DNA from: Takakia lepidozioides
Taxonomy: Eukaryota > Plantae > Bryophyta
Reading direction: 5' to 3'
Length of the DNA stretch: 64,000 nucleotides
Assembly: GCA_030704615.1 (NCBI GenBank)
Contig: CM060732.1
Location: forward strand, 3,100,001-3,164,000
The stretch's first letter is position 1. The number at the start of each line of letters is the position of its first letter. Shown here piece by piece: positions 35,735 to 47,555 of the stretch. Below the pieces are notes generated by a model that saw only the letters and a program-made list of their open reading frames with translations, ran no database searches and had not been told where the DNA came from. A program made the translations under genes and the position numbers.

Positions 35735-37269
35735 GCGAATGCGGCGCCGCATTTCCGTTAAGTACCATCACGAAGCTACACATCCGTACTTGTTGGAAGA
35801 AAATGCGGCACCGCATTTCCGTTCCACCTTCACATACCTTAGTTGTTGAACGGAAATACGGTGCCGCATTTCCGTCCCACAGCTCCATGTATGAGATTCA
35901 AAGGGAAATGCGGCGCCGCATTTCCGTTCCCACTTCACATACGTTAGTTGATGAATGGAAATGCCGTGCCACATTTCCGTTCGGGAAAGTATAGAGGTCT
36001 CACCTGGACAGAAATGCGGTGTCGCATTTCCGGTCTGGAAAGGTTGAAGGTCTCACATGGATGGAAATGCGGCAACACATTTCCGTAGCACAGCTCCAGG
36101 CCGAATATACAAAACGGAAATGCGGCGCCGCATTTCCGTTCGAGAATGTCGAAGGTGCGACTCGAACGGAAATGCGGTGCCGCATTTCTGTACCCGTTGC
36201 GCACGATTTTCAGTCAGAATGGAAATGCGGTACCGCATTTCCGTTCTGTAGAGTATTAACGTCTGACGCTGGCGGAAATGCCTTCCCGCATTTTCGTTCC
36301 ACAGCTCCATGCCTCACATACAAAACGGAAATGCGGTGCCGCATTTCCGTTTTGGAATGTCGGATGGTGGGACTGGGGCATTTCATTCCGATGTTTCAGG
36401 ATATTTCATCAGAACGGAAATGCGGTGCCGCATTTCCCTTTTTCTAATTTCCGTTCTGGAATGTTGGGAGGTGCGACTCGGATGGAAATGCGCTGCCGCA
36501 TTTCAGTTCCGATGGTTCACGATTTTCAGTCAGAACGGAAATGCGGATTTCCGTTCTGGTGCGACTCGGATGGAAATACGTTGCCGCATTTCGATGTTCA
36601 CGATTTTCAGTCTGCGGAAATGAACCGCCGCATTTCAGTTGGTCAGAACGGAAATGCGGTGCCGCATTTCCGTTCTGGATAGTGTGAATGTCTCAACCGG
36701 TCGGAATTGCGCTGTATGAAGCTGTCGGAATCACTCGGCTCCAGCATCAGATACAAAATGGAAATGCGGCGCCGCATTTCCTTTATGGAATGTCGAAAAG
36801 TGCGACTACGGAAATGCGGTGCCGCATTTCTGTTCCCGTTGTTCATAATTCTCAATCAGAACGGAAATGCGGTACCGCATTTCCGTTCCACCTTCACATA
36901 AATGAAATGCGGTACCGCATTTCCGTTCTGAGAGTATGAATGTCTTTTAAGGACGGAAATGTGCTGCAGCATTTCTATCCCTCAGCTCCATGCATCAGAT
37001 ACAAAATGGAAATGCGGCGCCGCATTCCCGTTCTGGAATGTCGAAAAGTGCGACTCGGACGGAAATGCGGTGCCGCATTTCTGTTCCCGTTGTTCATAAT
37101 TCTCAATCAGAACGGAAATGCGGTACCGCATTTCCGTTCCACCTTCACATACCGTGCTCGGCCTATTGGGGCGTTACCTAAGGCGGGGACGTTACCGGCC
37201 TCGGTGCCGCATTTCCGTCGCTCTGTTGCATGACCAAGATGCAATACGGAAATGCGGCGCCGTATTTCC
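35735..37269. repeat. E1 array B: about 28 copies of the 22-bp palindrome, mostly at a 52-53 bp period, between the divergent ParB-MTase and transposase genes
   Basis: Starts at 35799, 35852, 35904, 35957, 36010, 36063, 36116, 36168, 36221, 36274, 36327 ... 36810, 36863, 36903, 36955, 37008, 37061, 37114. Confidence 0.95.
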
Positions 37270-37696
37270 GTCCACCAGCAATCGACAGAATCACTCGGCG
37301 GGAAATCTGGAACCTCAATGGGTTGCATTGTTCCGAAACAACACAATTGCGGCCAGTCTTGATGAGCACAACTTGGTTGTCTGACCGTTTTAACCAGCAG
37401 TCCTGGCACTTGTCAGTGCGAACGTTCCTGTCTGCACCGAGAATACTGCTGGATCCACCCTCAGGAGAAACTGTCAGGAGATGTTATTTCGTCGCCGAAT
37501 CGGCCATCATTGTCCTACTCACTGGCTATGGAATCAAACCTCCCACCTTCATGCATGTAGCTTGAAACAATACTTTCCACTTCAATGTGCGACTTCCAAT
37601 CGTCGATGGACTCCGCAGATCCACTTAGATGGTGCCTGTGAGCCTTGGTCTGTCGCTATACTGAACCTCGCACTTGCCAACTCCGTGCGGTGTTCG

Positions 37697-40600
37697 ATGG
37701 CTCCGAATTCCTACGCTATAGTTTGCTGTCCTCCGCAACTTGGGAGAGCCTGGATCCCAAACGAGGGAGGACTTTGCAGAGTGACTGAAACTTACCTTTG
37801 TTCCAAATTCAAGCTCAAACCGGGCACAGTTTATTTGGAAGAAGAAAGGAAGGATGTTCCTGGACAGGTTGACGAGACCATTGTCGTGCTAGGTAACGAC
37901 GGAGGTTGCGGAATCGAATGGCACGTTCCCCCGTCAGACACCATCCTGTACCGAGCTGTGGGAATGCCCATTCCCTTTCCGAATCAGTCGCTGCCCACAC
38001 CATCCACAAAGGAGTCCGGAAACCGAGAGGCGGCCACTGCCAACAGAGAGGTATGCAACGATAATCATTCCCGACCTGGACCGTCAAGACCCTCCATAGC
38101 TTCTCGTGTGGACGTATTCGACATTTCCGACGAGGAAGATGATTGCATTGAGGTACCCATGTCCTCCACACGGTCGTTCAAATCCGGCATGGACGTCTCT
38201 GTAGGTGCTACGCATGTGCCCTCGAGCATAACTCCAACCCGGTCCATTGTGCAGCTCCTACGACAACATCACCTCGATGGTTCTCGCTCCGAGCTGGCTG
38301 CTCTCGACTATGCCAAATTCCCAGTCAGAAAGGTAACTTTTCTGCCTCCCGAAGTCGATGGCAATGTCATCTTCGAGTTTCCACCTGTTTCTTCGTCAAA
38401 GAAAGCCTCCGGGATGTTAACAGACATGGATCGAAAGCATGACGGACACCCCTGGTGTGTGACGAAGACCAGTAGCACGAAAATTGCTGATGGTGTTCGT
38501 GTACGATATGTCCTCTGTGCGGGAAGCTGAGGTGCCTCAATCCCACCTGCTTCCACTTTCTCTCCAAAGGAGGGCGGAGAAACGAGACGGATTGGACTGG
38601 CACAACGCATCATCCATTCATTGTCTCCAGCCAAGCTCCTGCGGGTTCTTTCAAGTGTGCACATTGCAAAGAACCACCGACGTGCATGTCCATGTGCAGA
38701 GCCAAGCAATATTACGTTCCATTTGCTCCCGGACTTGACTAGAGCTTGCATACACGTTGGGGTCCACTGCCACCCCTTGGCGAGAGGCAACATGCGTGAG
38801 GCTGTGCAGGAAGCACACGACATCATAAAAGGAGGTGAAATTGAGCCCCGGAGCCAGACCAAAGCAGATTCAGCTGAAGGCAGCCCACAAGATTGCTCTT
38901 GGCAAAATCATGTCTGAAGATGGTTCCGACCGAGAGCCCTTGACCGAAGACGAGATGCGTGACCTCTTGGAGTCCGTCTCGCACGTTTGTAGTCCGAATG
39001 TGCGGAATCACATCGTATCTTGCAAGCAGGAGTTCGCAGGTCGGACATGTACTCAATCCTGGAGGTGAAACGAATGACTGGATATGACTACATCCAAGGT
39101 AGCAGGTTTCCAGGGCAAGGCAGCGAATCCGATCGTTGTTACATTTTCAAAATGTCGACGTGTGGGCCTGGGAGTGGAGTCGACTTGGTCACTCGCATGA
39201 CAACTGGAAACTTGTCGAATGCTTGGGTGATGTTTGATCACATCAAGCGAATTACAAACCATCAGTGGGTGACTATGGGTGCGCATGTTTATGACTATCA
39301 CTCCAAGAGGCTCATGACGATTGCAATCTGCGAGATGAAAGGGGAGGACACACAGTCCGAGATGCATCTGTGGGAGGGCATAAACCAGCAGATGGCAAGG
39401 GCGGGATTGCCAGAGCCCAATTTCAGGGGATTCATGGCAGACAACGCTCAGGCCAACTGGGCAGCGGTGCGGCGTGTGTACGGTGAGGACCCCAATTTCC
39501 AATGGAGGGGAAAGAGAGATCCTGTGGATTCCATTGGATGCAGAGTCTATCCCACTACACTACCAAATTTGTTGCTAGCTCATTCCAGGCTGAACACCGT
39601 GTCCTTTGTACGGCGTGGAAGGATGCACCCACATTTGATGACGCGGAGGTTAAGTTTGCTATCATCGAGGCTTGGTGGAACACGTCAGGTGCAGTGGAGA
39701 CAACCAATCTGGGAGCATTGCACAGCTGGTTGGGGTGGTGGCATTTTCGGTATCGACAGTTCGGACAGTACATGCGGGAGGTAGGCTGCTGTCATTTTCG
39801 TTCATTTGTCTTTCTGTTACGGACATTTCGATTGGTCCCTCACCGTTGTTTGTGTCCTTCTAGGAGCGGTGCTTGGATTCCGACACGGACATGCCGAACA
39901 CGAATATGGCAGAATCGGTCCACTCCTCCTGGCGAGCGTCTTCTGCCGCACATCTGGTGGACGTAGTGACGGCCACAACGGAGGACATCGACAGAGCAAT
40001 CATGCAGCAAGCCACGTACTACAAGTTCCTGAGCGGCAAACAATGGGGCTTTGGGCCGGACAGGGAGGAATTGTTGGTACGAACAGCTTCGAGGTCCAAG
40101 AATCCAGTGAAATGGGCGACAGCATTGCGAGAGAAGATCAAAGGGACGCCTCTGCACCGCAGAGGTGAACACCTAGAGGGGGACGTCCGGACTCGCCCTG
40201 TCAGGCGGAGGATTGAAGAGGAACCCGGGTGCGAAGAGGATTCCTGGAGATCCGACAGGAACATTCGGACAGCACCTCGAGGTCCCGTCATGTTGCCGCA
40301 CAATGTGTCTTCCAGCAGTGGAAGCCCAAGAAATTCCAGATCGCCGTCGCCTTCAACCGGGGATTTCGTGCAACAAATTCCCACCGCTCCCTTGCCCCAC
40401 ATTCCGCCCGCTGTTATGCAGTATGGCCAAGCCATTGTGGAGACGACTGTGTCTGCCTCACAGTGGAGAATTGCTCGCACAAAGCCGTCGTTTCGAGGAA
40501 GGTGTTCCGCAATTCGTGTGGATACACGGCAACGTTGTTTAGAGATGATAAGGAGGAATCCAGATGGGGCTGTCCCTGCTCCTACTTTTACAGGAAGATT

Positions 40601-41289
40601 TGTCCATGCAAAGTTTGCGGAGGCGACAACCACCCAGTTCTGGTTCTGCAGGCACGACATTATGACTTGCGTGTATGGAAAGCCCAAGTACGGCATACAA
40701 CAATGCCAGAGGCTCCCCCGGTGTGGCCGGTGGAACCAGGCTGCGATCTGAGTCAGGTTGAGGCCGACGCCCTTACCGCCGCAGGATTTCGGATGGTGCA
40801 GCGCACTGACGTCCCAGACAACCATTTCCGCTTCCACAGCCTCCACCACCGACCCCTGTGAGAGCAAGAACAATGGGACACGACTCTAAGCATCCTACAC
40901 ACCGTTGGGGGAAACCGAAGAGGCGGCGACCTCCCTCAAAAGTGAACGAGACAAGGATGGGGAATGCACTTCGGATGAACTGTACAATCCAGAGCTCGAC
41001 AGAAGTGCCCCCACCAGGATTCGGGCGTGTGTATCAGATGGCCACGGCGGGCTCAGCTGTTCGCAATGAGGTGTACACCATCACCATTTCAGAATTACCC
41101 ACCTGCAATTGCACCGACTTCCAGATCATGGCGAACAAGGGGGCATCATACTGCCCTTGCAAGCATTTGTACTACGTGTACCTAAAGAGACTCCGTTGTA
41201 ATTCCACAACTCATCACTTCATACATGCACCAGGGTTGAGCCCCCAGGAGGTTCACACTCTTCTGAATATGGATCCAGGGGACCAGTGA
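37697..41289 (+). CDS. E1 MULE transposase: GCM/WRKY-like Zn domain, DDE core, SWIM finger (intron 39781-39863; frameshifts as assembled)
   Basis: HDGHPWCVTKT..YVLCAG.LRC..C..CAHC..C..IHVGVHCH; WVMFDH (D1); FMADNAQAN (D2); CGFHW (CxxH); NMAESVHSSW (E); TCNCTDF..CKHLYYV (SWIM). Confidence 0.88.
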
Positions 41290-42132
41290 GCTTGGCTTGC
41301 GGTCCACATACAATGGTACGCCCATCGGATAGTAGAACTGTACTGCTGCCAGTACCTCAGACTCTGGCCACACAAAGGTCCGACATATGTCTTGCCTACC
41401 AGTAACCTGTTTTGATCGAACTAAGATATTACTATATCGTTCACTTTTCCACGTGCATGTATTTTTGTATGTTGGAGGGTTCATGTTTTTCTGCTTTCCG
41501 AAAACTTGCTCTCCTCATTCGACCTCCGACAAGGAAATGCGGCGCCGAATTTCCAAGTATCGTCGTAGGTACCCCCAGAGGCGGCCTTCGCCAACACCAA
41601 ACCGCTCCGAAATTTCGCACGTGCGAACCCTAATGCGGCACCCTATTTCCCAGTTCAGTTGCAAACCTTTCCCGCCGAATACCCGAAGAAGACAGAATTG
41701 TGAAGTACTGCAGACTGTATTGGTGCAGACTCCATTGGTTCAATCGCGGCAAAAGGGTCAGCTTCATTCCAATGTTAAGGCATGTAAAACCGCGGAATAC
41801 TCTATACAGGCCAGTATGCGACGTCCTTTTGCAGTGGTATACTGGATTTCCCGTTGCACGGTCACTTATTTCCATGAGCGGATCTATAAAACCATGAGCG
41901 GACTTGTTACTGACGACATATCTTCGCCGCATTACATGATCTGGAACGTCCAAAAACGGCAAGGTCAAATAAAAAACTATTATTTTAATACTTGTTTAAT
42001 CTGCCGCATTTCCAAATTTGGAGGAGTCCGCTCATGAAATCCACCGCGTATCTTAGACTTCGCCTCACCGCCATGCGGCTCATGCGGCTCATGGCTCATG
42101 GCTCATGTTTTCTGCTCATGAAATAGTAAACC

Positions 42133-42795
42133 TCGTTCAAAGTCTTAGGTGGCTTCTCCTCCAACTTCCGCCTGGCCTATGGGGCCAGTCCCGCCACAAA
42201 GTTGAAGACCATTTCTGGTTCCGCCATATCCGCGACTTCGAGCAACAGCACATTGAAAGCCTGAACATATCCCCGAATGTCATCCGTTTGCTTCAAATTC
42301 CTCATCTTGTCCTGGGCGAACCAGGACGCATTGAGGGGAACAAACTATCTTTTCATAAGGTCCTTGAACCCACTCCAGTTTAAGGTTTCCGGGTTTGGAC
42401 CTTGGTCATCCACCATTATTGTGCATAGCCCCTCAAATAGGTGGGAGCCACTTCCACCCGATCCTCGTCAGTTCCTTAGGCTTCACCTTAAACTTTGCCT
42501 TCGTGGAAGTGGCATTAGCCGCCCTCAACATGTCTTTCAACGTCCCGCCAAACTGCGCCAACAACCCTTCCCAAAAGACTGTTGGCATGGGAGGCATCTG
42601 TTGGTCTGCCGAAGCCTCCGGGAAGTCCTCGGGCTCTGACTCCCTAGATTCCTCCCATTCTTTAGCGGCCTTGCTTTCAAAGGCATGAATCGCCTCCTCA
42701 AATGGCCGCTTCGGTGACACGTCGCCTCCACCGGGCTCACCAGGATCATCATATTTTGGGCCGTTCCGCTTTCGCTTTCGCTTGCCCAACCCCAT
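42133..42795 (-). pseudogene. G2 gag N-terminal part (with internal deletions)
   Basis: MGLGKRKRKRNGPK..QMPPMP..FWEGLLAQFGGTLKD, homologous to G1 gag. Confidence 0.9.
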
Positions 42796-42848
42796 GATGA
42801 GGCCAATCTCAAGGACGATCGCGTATTGAACTCTAAGCTTTGATACCA

Positions 42849-42993
42849 TGTCGTGCACCTCACTTCGGTAAGCTCCCCTTCAAGTCATAGTTATTCGCTT
42901 TGATGCGCGCGCCTAACTCCCAAACTGAAACTGCGCCGGCCAACTCGGAGCTTCGGCTGCTCACCGGGACATAACGGTCCCTCTTTGCTCCTC
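42849..42993 (-). repeat. G2 5' LTR remnant
   Basis: TGTCGTGCACCTCACTTCGG... matches 22384-22525, then breaks. Confidence 0.88.
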
Positions 42994-43544
42994 AGGGGCG
43001 GTACAACGGCTGCAATCCAGTTTACTTGGAGGAGCCCGATGACTCATGAGCTAGTTCTCAGAGCAGTCGAAGTCCCATTGACAACGTGACTTGTATTCAA
43101 AGGCACAGGGCTAAAGATTTGTTTGCACAATCGCACAATAGACGTCTTCATATGCAATTCATGTGGATCAATTAACCCCATTGTGCCCTCTTTTTTCTAT
43201 TCTGTATCCATCGTTCCCAGAATGCATCCTTCCTCATTTCGTTTGGGATTGGGAGTGTGGGTAGATTTTGCAAGTGGCTGGTAGGCTGAAATGGGCCCCC
43301 ATTGTACAGAGCAGTACCACCCTACCATTTGCAAAACATTGCCTTTCAATATGTAATTCTAAAAAACATTGCCGAACCTCTTTCATCGGGAGGTCCTTCT
43401 CTCCCTATGACCGTGACACCCTAAACCCTATTCCCGCGGACACTCATTTCCAGAAAATAGTCCTGCTCATGTTTTTTTCGACACTTACGACTCTGCTCAT
43501 GGCTCATGCCGCTCATGGCTCATGGCTCATGAAATAGCACCCCC
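42994..43544 (-). mobile_element. MULE family terminal fragment E3 (inverted copy of the E1 left end, including the ORF-X 3' end)
   Basis: Reverse complement of about 27791-28350. Ends GCTCATGGCTCATGAAATAGCACCCCC. Confidence 0.9.
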
Positions 43545-45074
43545 ATCTACGATACAATGCAGGCTTGATAATTCTCTGCAACTCATGGTCTTTCCTTTAT
43601 CTCTCAACTGGCCCTCCCTTCATCATTCTTTTGTTGTGCAACTCTCCCTTCTTCCCAATGTTTTCTCTCTCCTTTCTGATGCAAATACGCTGGTCCTTTC
43701 TATCAGCCAAGGTAGCCCTTCTACATGCAATGCAGATGCATTGATAATTCACAGTTGTTCTACTAATCTACCCTCAACAGTGTGTATGCTGCAGACATAC
43801 CTCATACCCTAATTCTAACAATTGCATGCCCTGTCCCTCATTTCTAACCTATGACAAAGTGCAGCAAATCCCTTTGTTAATCTCCCTATACTGTCCAAAT
43901 TGCAGGCATGCTTAACTCTAGAACCCTAATGCACAGTATATTCCAGGTTCAGTGTGCTGAATCATAAAATCAAAAGCAAAACAAACACTATGCATTCAGT
44001 GATCGTGGGTGGGCTGCATCTGCCTTCTCTCACCGTTCCCAAAGACACATGCATCATCTCCCATCCTCTCTGGACCATCCTGGTTTGAAGTCCAGGCCAC
44101 CACTCCATTCCATTTTTCAAAATGTTCTCATGCTCTCTCTACTAGCTCCAGAGCCCTAAAGCATTTCAGCGACATCTATCTAAGTAGAAGCCAAACTTCA
44201 TCTTACTTAGCTGCTTTTATATTTGGGATCAGGCGGTGGAGTTCCCTGCCCACTCTAGCTCTTACATCCTCGTCAGCAGCTACTTTGGTGTTTTCTGCTT
44301 GCTCCTACTTCCGGCGCTTCTCCAGTGGCCAGAGTCACCAAGTGATGACTCTGCCTTCAGCAAACCCTATTCGCCAGCGAGCCCTAATCAACTCATAAAA
44401 CATTGATGGCACTGCTTGCTTTTGTGGTAGCAGCCCAGACAGACCAGCTGCCACGCTATCTATCATTTATCCGCCTGCCCTACTGCTAATTAATTCACTT
44501 CCTAAAACAAAGTTACGAGATGGCAGAATGAACGCAATAACCTACTATTCACAGTCTCGTTTAGTCCATCGCTCGTAGCAGCAGCCGCATTGATCCTTAA
44601 CAAACCCATAGTAAGGCTAACTGCAATCATCCCCGTGACCAAGCTGCTTCCTCGTGCTTATCTTCCAGCGAGTTCCACATCAAGTATTCATCAAGACGAA
44701 ATGGCACCGCTTCTCTTCTGTGGATAATGCACAGTTCACCAAGCTGCCCCCTTTGTCCCCCCATTACTGCTAATCAAGCTTCAAAACAAATCAAGCCAGC
44801 ACAGCAGGGTTAGTCATCCTTGACAACAGCTCCACTGAGCTCTTGCAGCATCTGCGCGTGTTCCCCACCATCTCCTTCCTCGTCATCTTCCTCGTGATTC
44901 TAGGGCAACGTCATCGATGAATGATATCCCCTCAACAAATGAAAATGCATAAGACTCACCTTTCAAACATAATCAACTTGGAGAAATTTAGTTCCAGGCC
45001 TTAGACTTCTTCCCTGTAGACACCAAAAATTCAGTGAGTGAAAAACATCCTTCCCCCGCTGGTTTCACACTACA
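43545..45074 (+). repeat. Left arm of a long inverted repeat (with about 0.8 kb of extra sequence at about 44120-44930)
   Basis: 43545 to about 44120 and about 44930-45074 are the reverse complement of 48178-48902. Confidence 0.85.
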
Positions 45075-45199
45075 GAGGCTGCTTAATCCTATTGATTAAG
45101 CTCAACTTACAATCTCTTTGGCATGAAAGATCTTAGTCGAAAAGACTGAAGTCGTTTCGATCATACAAGCAAATGGTAGTCAAGGCAAAACAAGAACTA

Positions 45200-46365
45200 T
45201 CCTGAGATGATACACATTCTCACCATCTCACGTTCTCTCATAATGCACATTCTCTCCATCTCACATTCACTCTACACAGAGATACTTCGAATAGCATGGC
45301 TTTACTTCAAAGTTCGTCATATCATCACAGAAGTACACATTGAATCACTCTGAGTCCCTGAATACACAATGATCACTGATACTCATATTGCTCTCCTTCT
45401 AAGTTGCGTGTAGCCTTTTTATACTATGCTCGAAAGAGCCGTTACAACAGCCTGCGGTCGTTAATGACCGTTTGCCTAACTGCCTACGCAACCTAAAAGG
45501 TTTGCTAAAAAAGTGGCTCGTTGCAGTGGTCGTGAGCCATAGTGGTAAACGGTCCACTACTCCCTCTATTGGTTAAAGCCGATGCTAACGTGGCCATGTG
45601 ATATCGTGGTTCACGGCCCACGGTCACTACACTACCCACTACACTACTGCTCCCGTGGTAATGTACCCTTGTTCCGCCATTTGCTAAGTACCGCGTACTT
45701 AGCCTTTTCTGCCGTGACCAGGTAGTGTACACCAATCACTACCCGGTATGTCCCGTTGTGACCCTCGCTGTCTGGCCCTCGTAGTATAGCCGTTATCATT
45801 TATTCCCCCCCCCCTCTTTTGAAATTGTGTCCGCACAATTTCGTCAATTCATGTGCTTGCTGTATCTCTTAGGGATGTAGGGTGGTGGCATGCCTATCTA
45901 CGGGGTAGGAAGTGCGTCCTAGGATTGTCGTGGTGGCAGCTTCTTGTTCCTATTGTCGTCACTGTCTGGTTGCTCCTCTGGTTCATGAGTGGGCCAACTT
46001 TCGTCATCAGGGTGTTCTGCTACTCCGTCCCCACATACCATGTCGATTTTGGTGGTCAAGGTTTCTCGGTAGGTTTGCAGCTCCTCCTTGGTCCAGGGTA
46101 TAATGTGTTTAATTGCCCTGCTGCCCATTAACCAGTTAACAGCTTGGATCCCTATTTCTCTGAAAGGGTGGTCTCTGTCCAAGACCAATGGTGAAAAGTG
46201 GTCTTTCGCCTGGCGCCATGCTTTAGCATATAGTGGTCTGTTCATATATGCTGAAGTGTCTGCGACTCTCTCTGGTGGCTGGAATTTGGGTAATTCCCAG
46301 TGAGTATCTTTTTCAATACTCTCATCGCACTGCCAGCTTCCCCTCATGGAGGGTGGTTGTAGCAA
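45200..46365 (-). mobile_element. Possible LTR-retrotransposon 3' remnant (unknown ORF, PPT, LTR start)
   Basis: rc AAAAGAGGGGGGGGGGAATAAA followed by TGATAAC at 45798. The adjacent 148-aa ORF is unrecognised and no partner LTR is seen. Confidence 0.3.
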
Positions 46366-46399
46366 GAGCTAGGAAAGTGATGGATGACTGAAGGATGAG

Positions 46400-47555
46400 G
46401 GAAAGGCCAAAGGGCATAAGCAAGAATTGGAAGCAATGGCTTAAGTGGGATGTTGATGAATAGGCCAGATCTGCCCGACTGTGGAGTACAATGCAAGATG
46501 ACATCAAAACATATCCATGCCAAATCAAGGCACCAGCAGCGATTGTGGCATGTTCACGCCAGAGAGTGGGAGCCATGTTGTCTCAGAAACATCCCTGGTG
46601 TGAAGGATTAGTTACAAAGGCAAGCAAGGTTTTATCTTATGGCCATCTAGGGTACCACCCCATAGAGGGCAAGTACAATGCATGTGCGAACCCTGGGGAA
46701 AGGCAAGGAGACCCATGCTGATATCATTGGAGTTGTACCAAGTGTCATGTTGGGCACTTCCTTCATTGACATATATGCAAAGCATGTGGGTATCAAGAAT
46801 GCAAGGGTAGTGTTCAGCAATATGACTGAACCAGATATGGTGCAATCAAATGTGATGATTGTAGGAAATGCCCAGCATGGTTGTGGAATGCTTGCTCTGG
46901 AGATTTGTGAGCATCTGATGTGGGAAGGTGTGCAGCCCAACCAGGTCACATTCAAAGCATGCGCCAGCCTTGCATCTTTTGCAAGGGGCAGGCAGGTCCA
47001 TGCTGACATCATGAGGGCTGAAATTGTACCAAAGAGCAATCTGAACAGTGCTCGCGTGGACAGGTATGCCAAATGTTGGAGCAGCAGGGATGCACGGCAA
47101 GTGTTTGACAGTATGATTCAACAAAATGTCGTCTCATGGAACGCCATGATTGTAGGGTATGCTCAGCCTGGTTGTAGGGGAGTGATAAGCTATGCTGAAG
47201 GCCACACCTGAAAGGACGGTGAGAGCAAACAGCTCAGGTCAAGAGCTGGAAGATGTGTTCAAGCCATGAAAGGGGATGTAAAGTGGAGGCCCAAAACAAC
47301 TATGGGAGGAGAAGACAAGCTGCAGTGGGGGAAGTACACCATGCAGCCGGTGATAATGTTTTGCTGCAAGTGCTCTTTGTGTGTGATATCTGTGTACATA
47401 ACAGCAGCAGCACTAGGACAAGGAAAGCAGCTCCAGGAGGGAATTATCATGGCTGGATTGCAGTTAGATGTCCGAGCAGGGACTGTTCTTCTCGGCAGGG
47501 TTGACGCAATGCCCAGGCAAGGTGTTATATCATGGACTGCGATGGTGGCTGGTTT
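46400..47555 (+). pseudogene. PLS-class pentatricopeptide-repeat (PPR) gene fragments
   Basis: IDIYAK..ARVVFSNM; EGVQPNQVTF.ACASL..GRQVHADI; DARQVFDSM..NVVSWNAMIVGYAQ; VISWTAMVAG. Degenerate. Confidence 0.85.

Larger units (their letters stand above)
27791..42132. mobile_element. Complete 14.3-kb Mutator-like (MULE) DNA transposon E1 with short TIRs, three genes and palindrome arrays
   Basis: TSD TCGTTCAAA at 27782-27790 and 42133-42141 (extendable to 11 bp CCTCGTTCAAA), duplicating G2 gag sequence. Ends are GGGGGGCTGCTATTTCATGAGC and GCTCATGAAATAGTAAACC. Contains a MULE DDE+SWIM transposase. Confidence 0.93.
22384..42993 (-). mobile_element. Ty3/gypsy chromovirus G2 (same family as G1), interrupted in gag by MULE E1; 5' LTR truncated
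   Basis: 3' LTR 22384-23108, pol 24009-27790, gag resumes at 42133, PBS about 42837-42848, 5' LTR remnant 42849-42993. Confidence 0.94.

Noticed and set aside
35735-37269. CRISPR array (22-bp palindromic repeat with about 31-bp variable spacers)
   Set aside because: Spacers recur as higher-order duplicates (for example 36760-36900 versus 37008-37150), the repeats are degenerate and also dispersed in introns, there are no cas genes, and the context is a eukaryotic transposon.
29401-37409. Many short ORFs with repeated EMRRRIS, GNAAPHF or KCGAAFP peptides (similar ORFs at 20882-21883)
   Set aside because: They are translations of the palindrome arrays in several frames on both strands, not proteins.
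40019-40873. 284-aa minus-strand ORF and other long antisense ORFs over TE genes
   Set aside because: They are antisense shadows of GC-rich coding sequence.
18281-43544. E2 left end and E3 end as the two termini of one giant element
   Set aside because: The flanks do not form a TSD (CTTCTTAAC versus ATCTACGAT), and E3 is a copy of the E1 left end.
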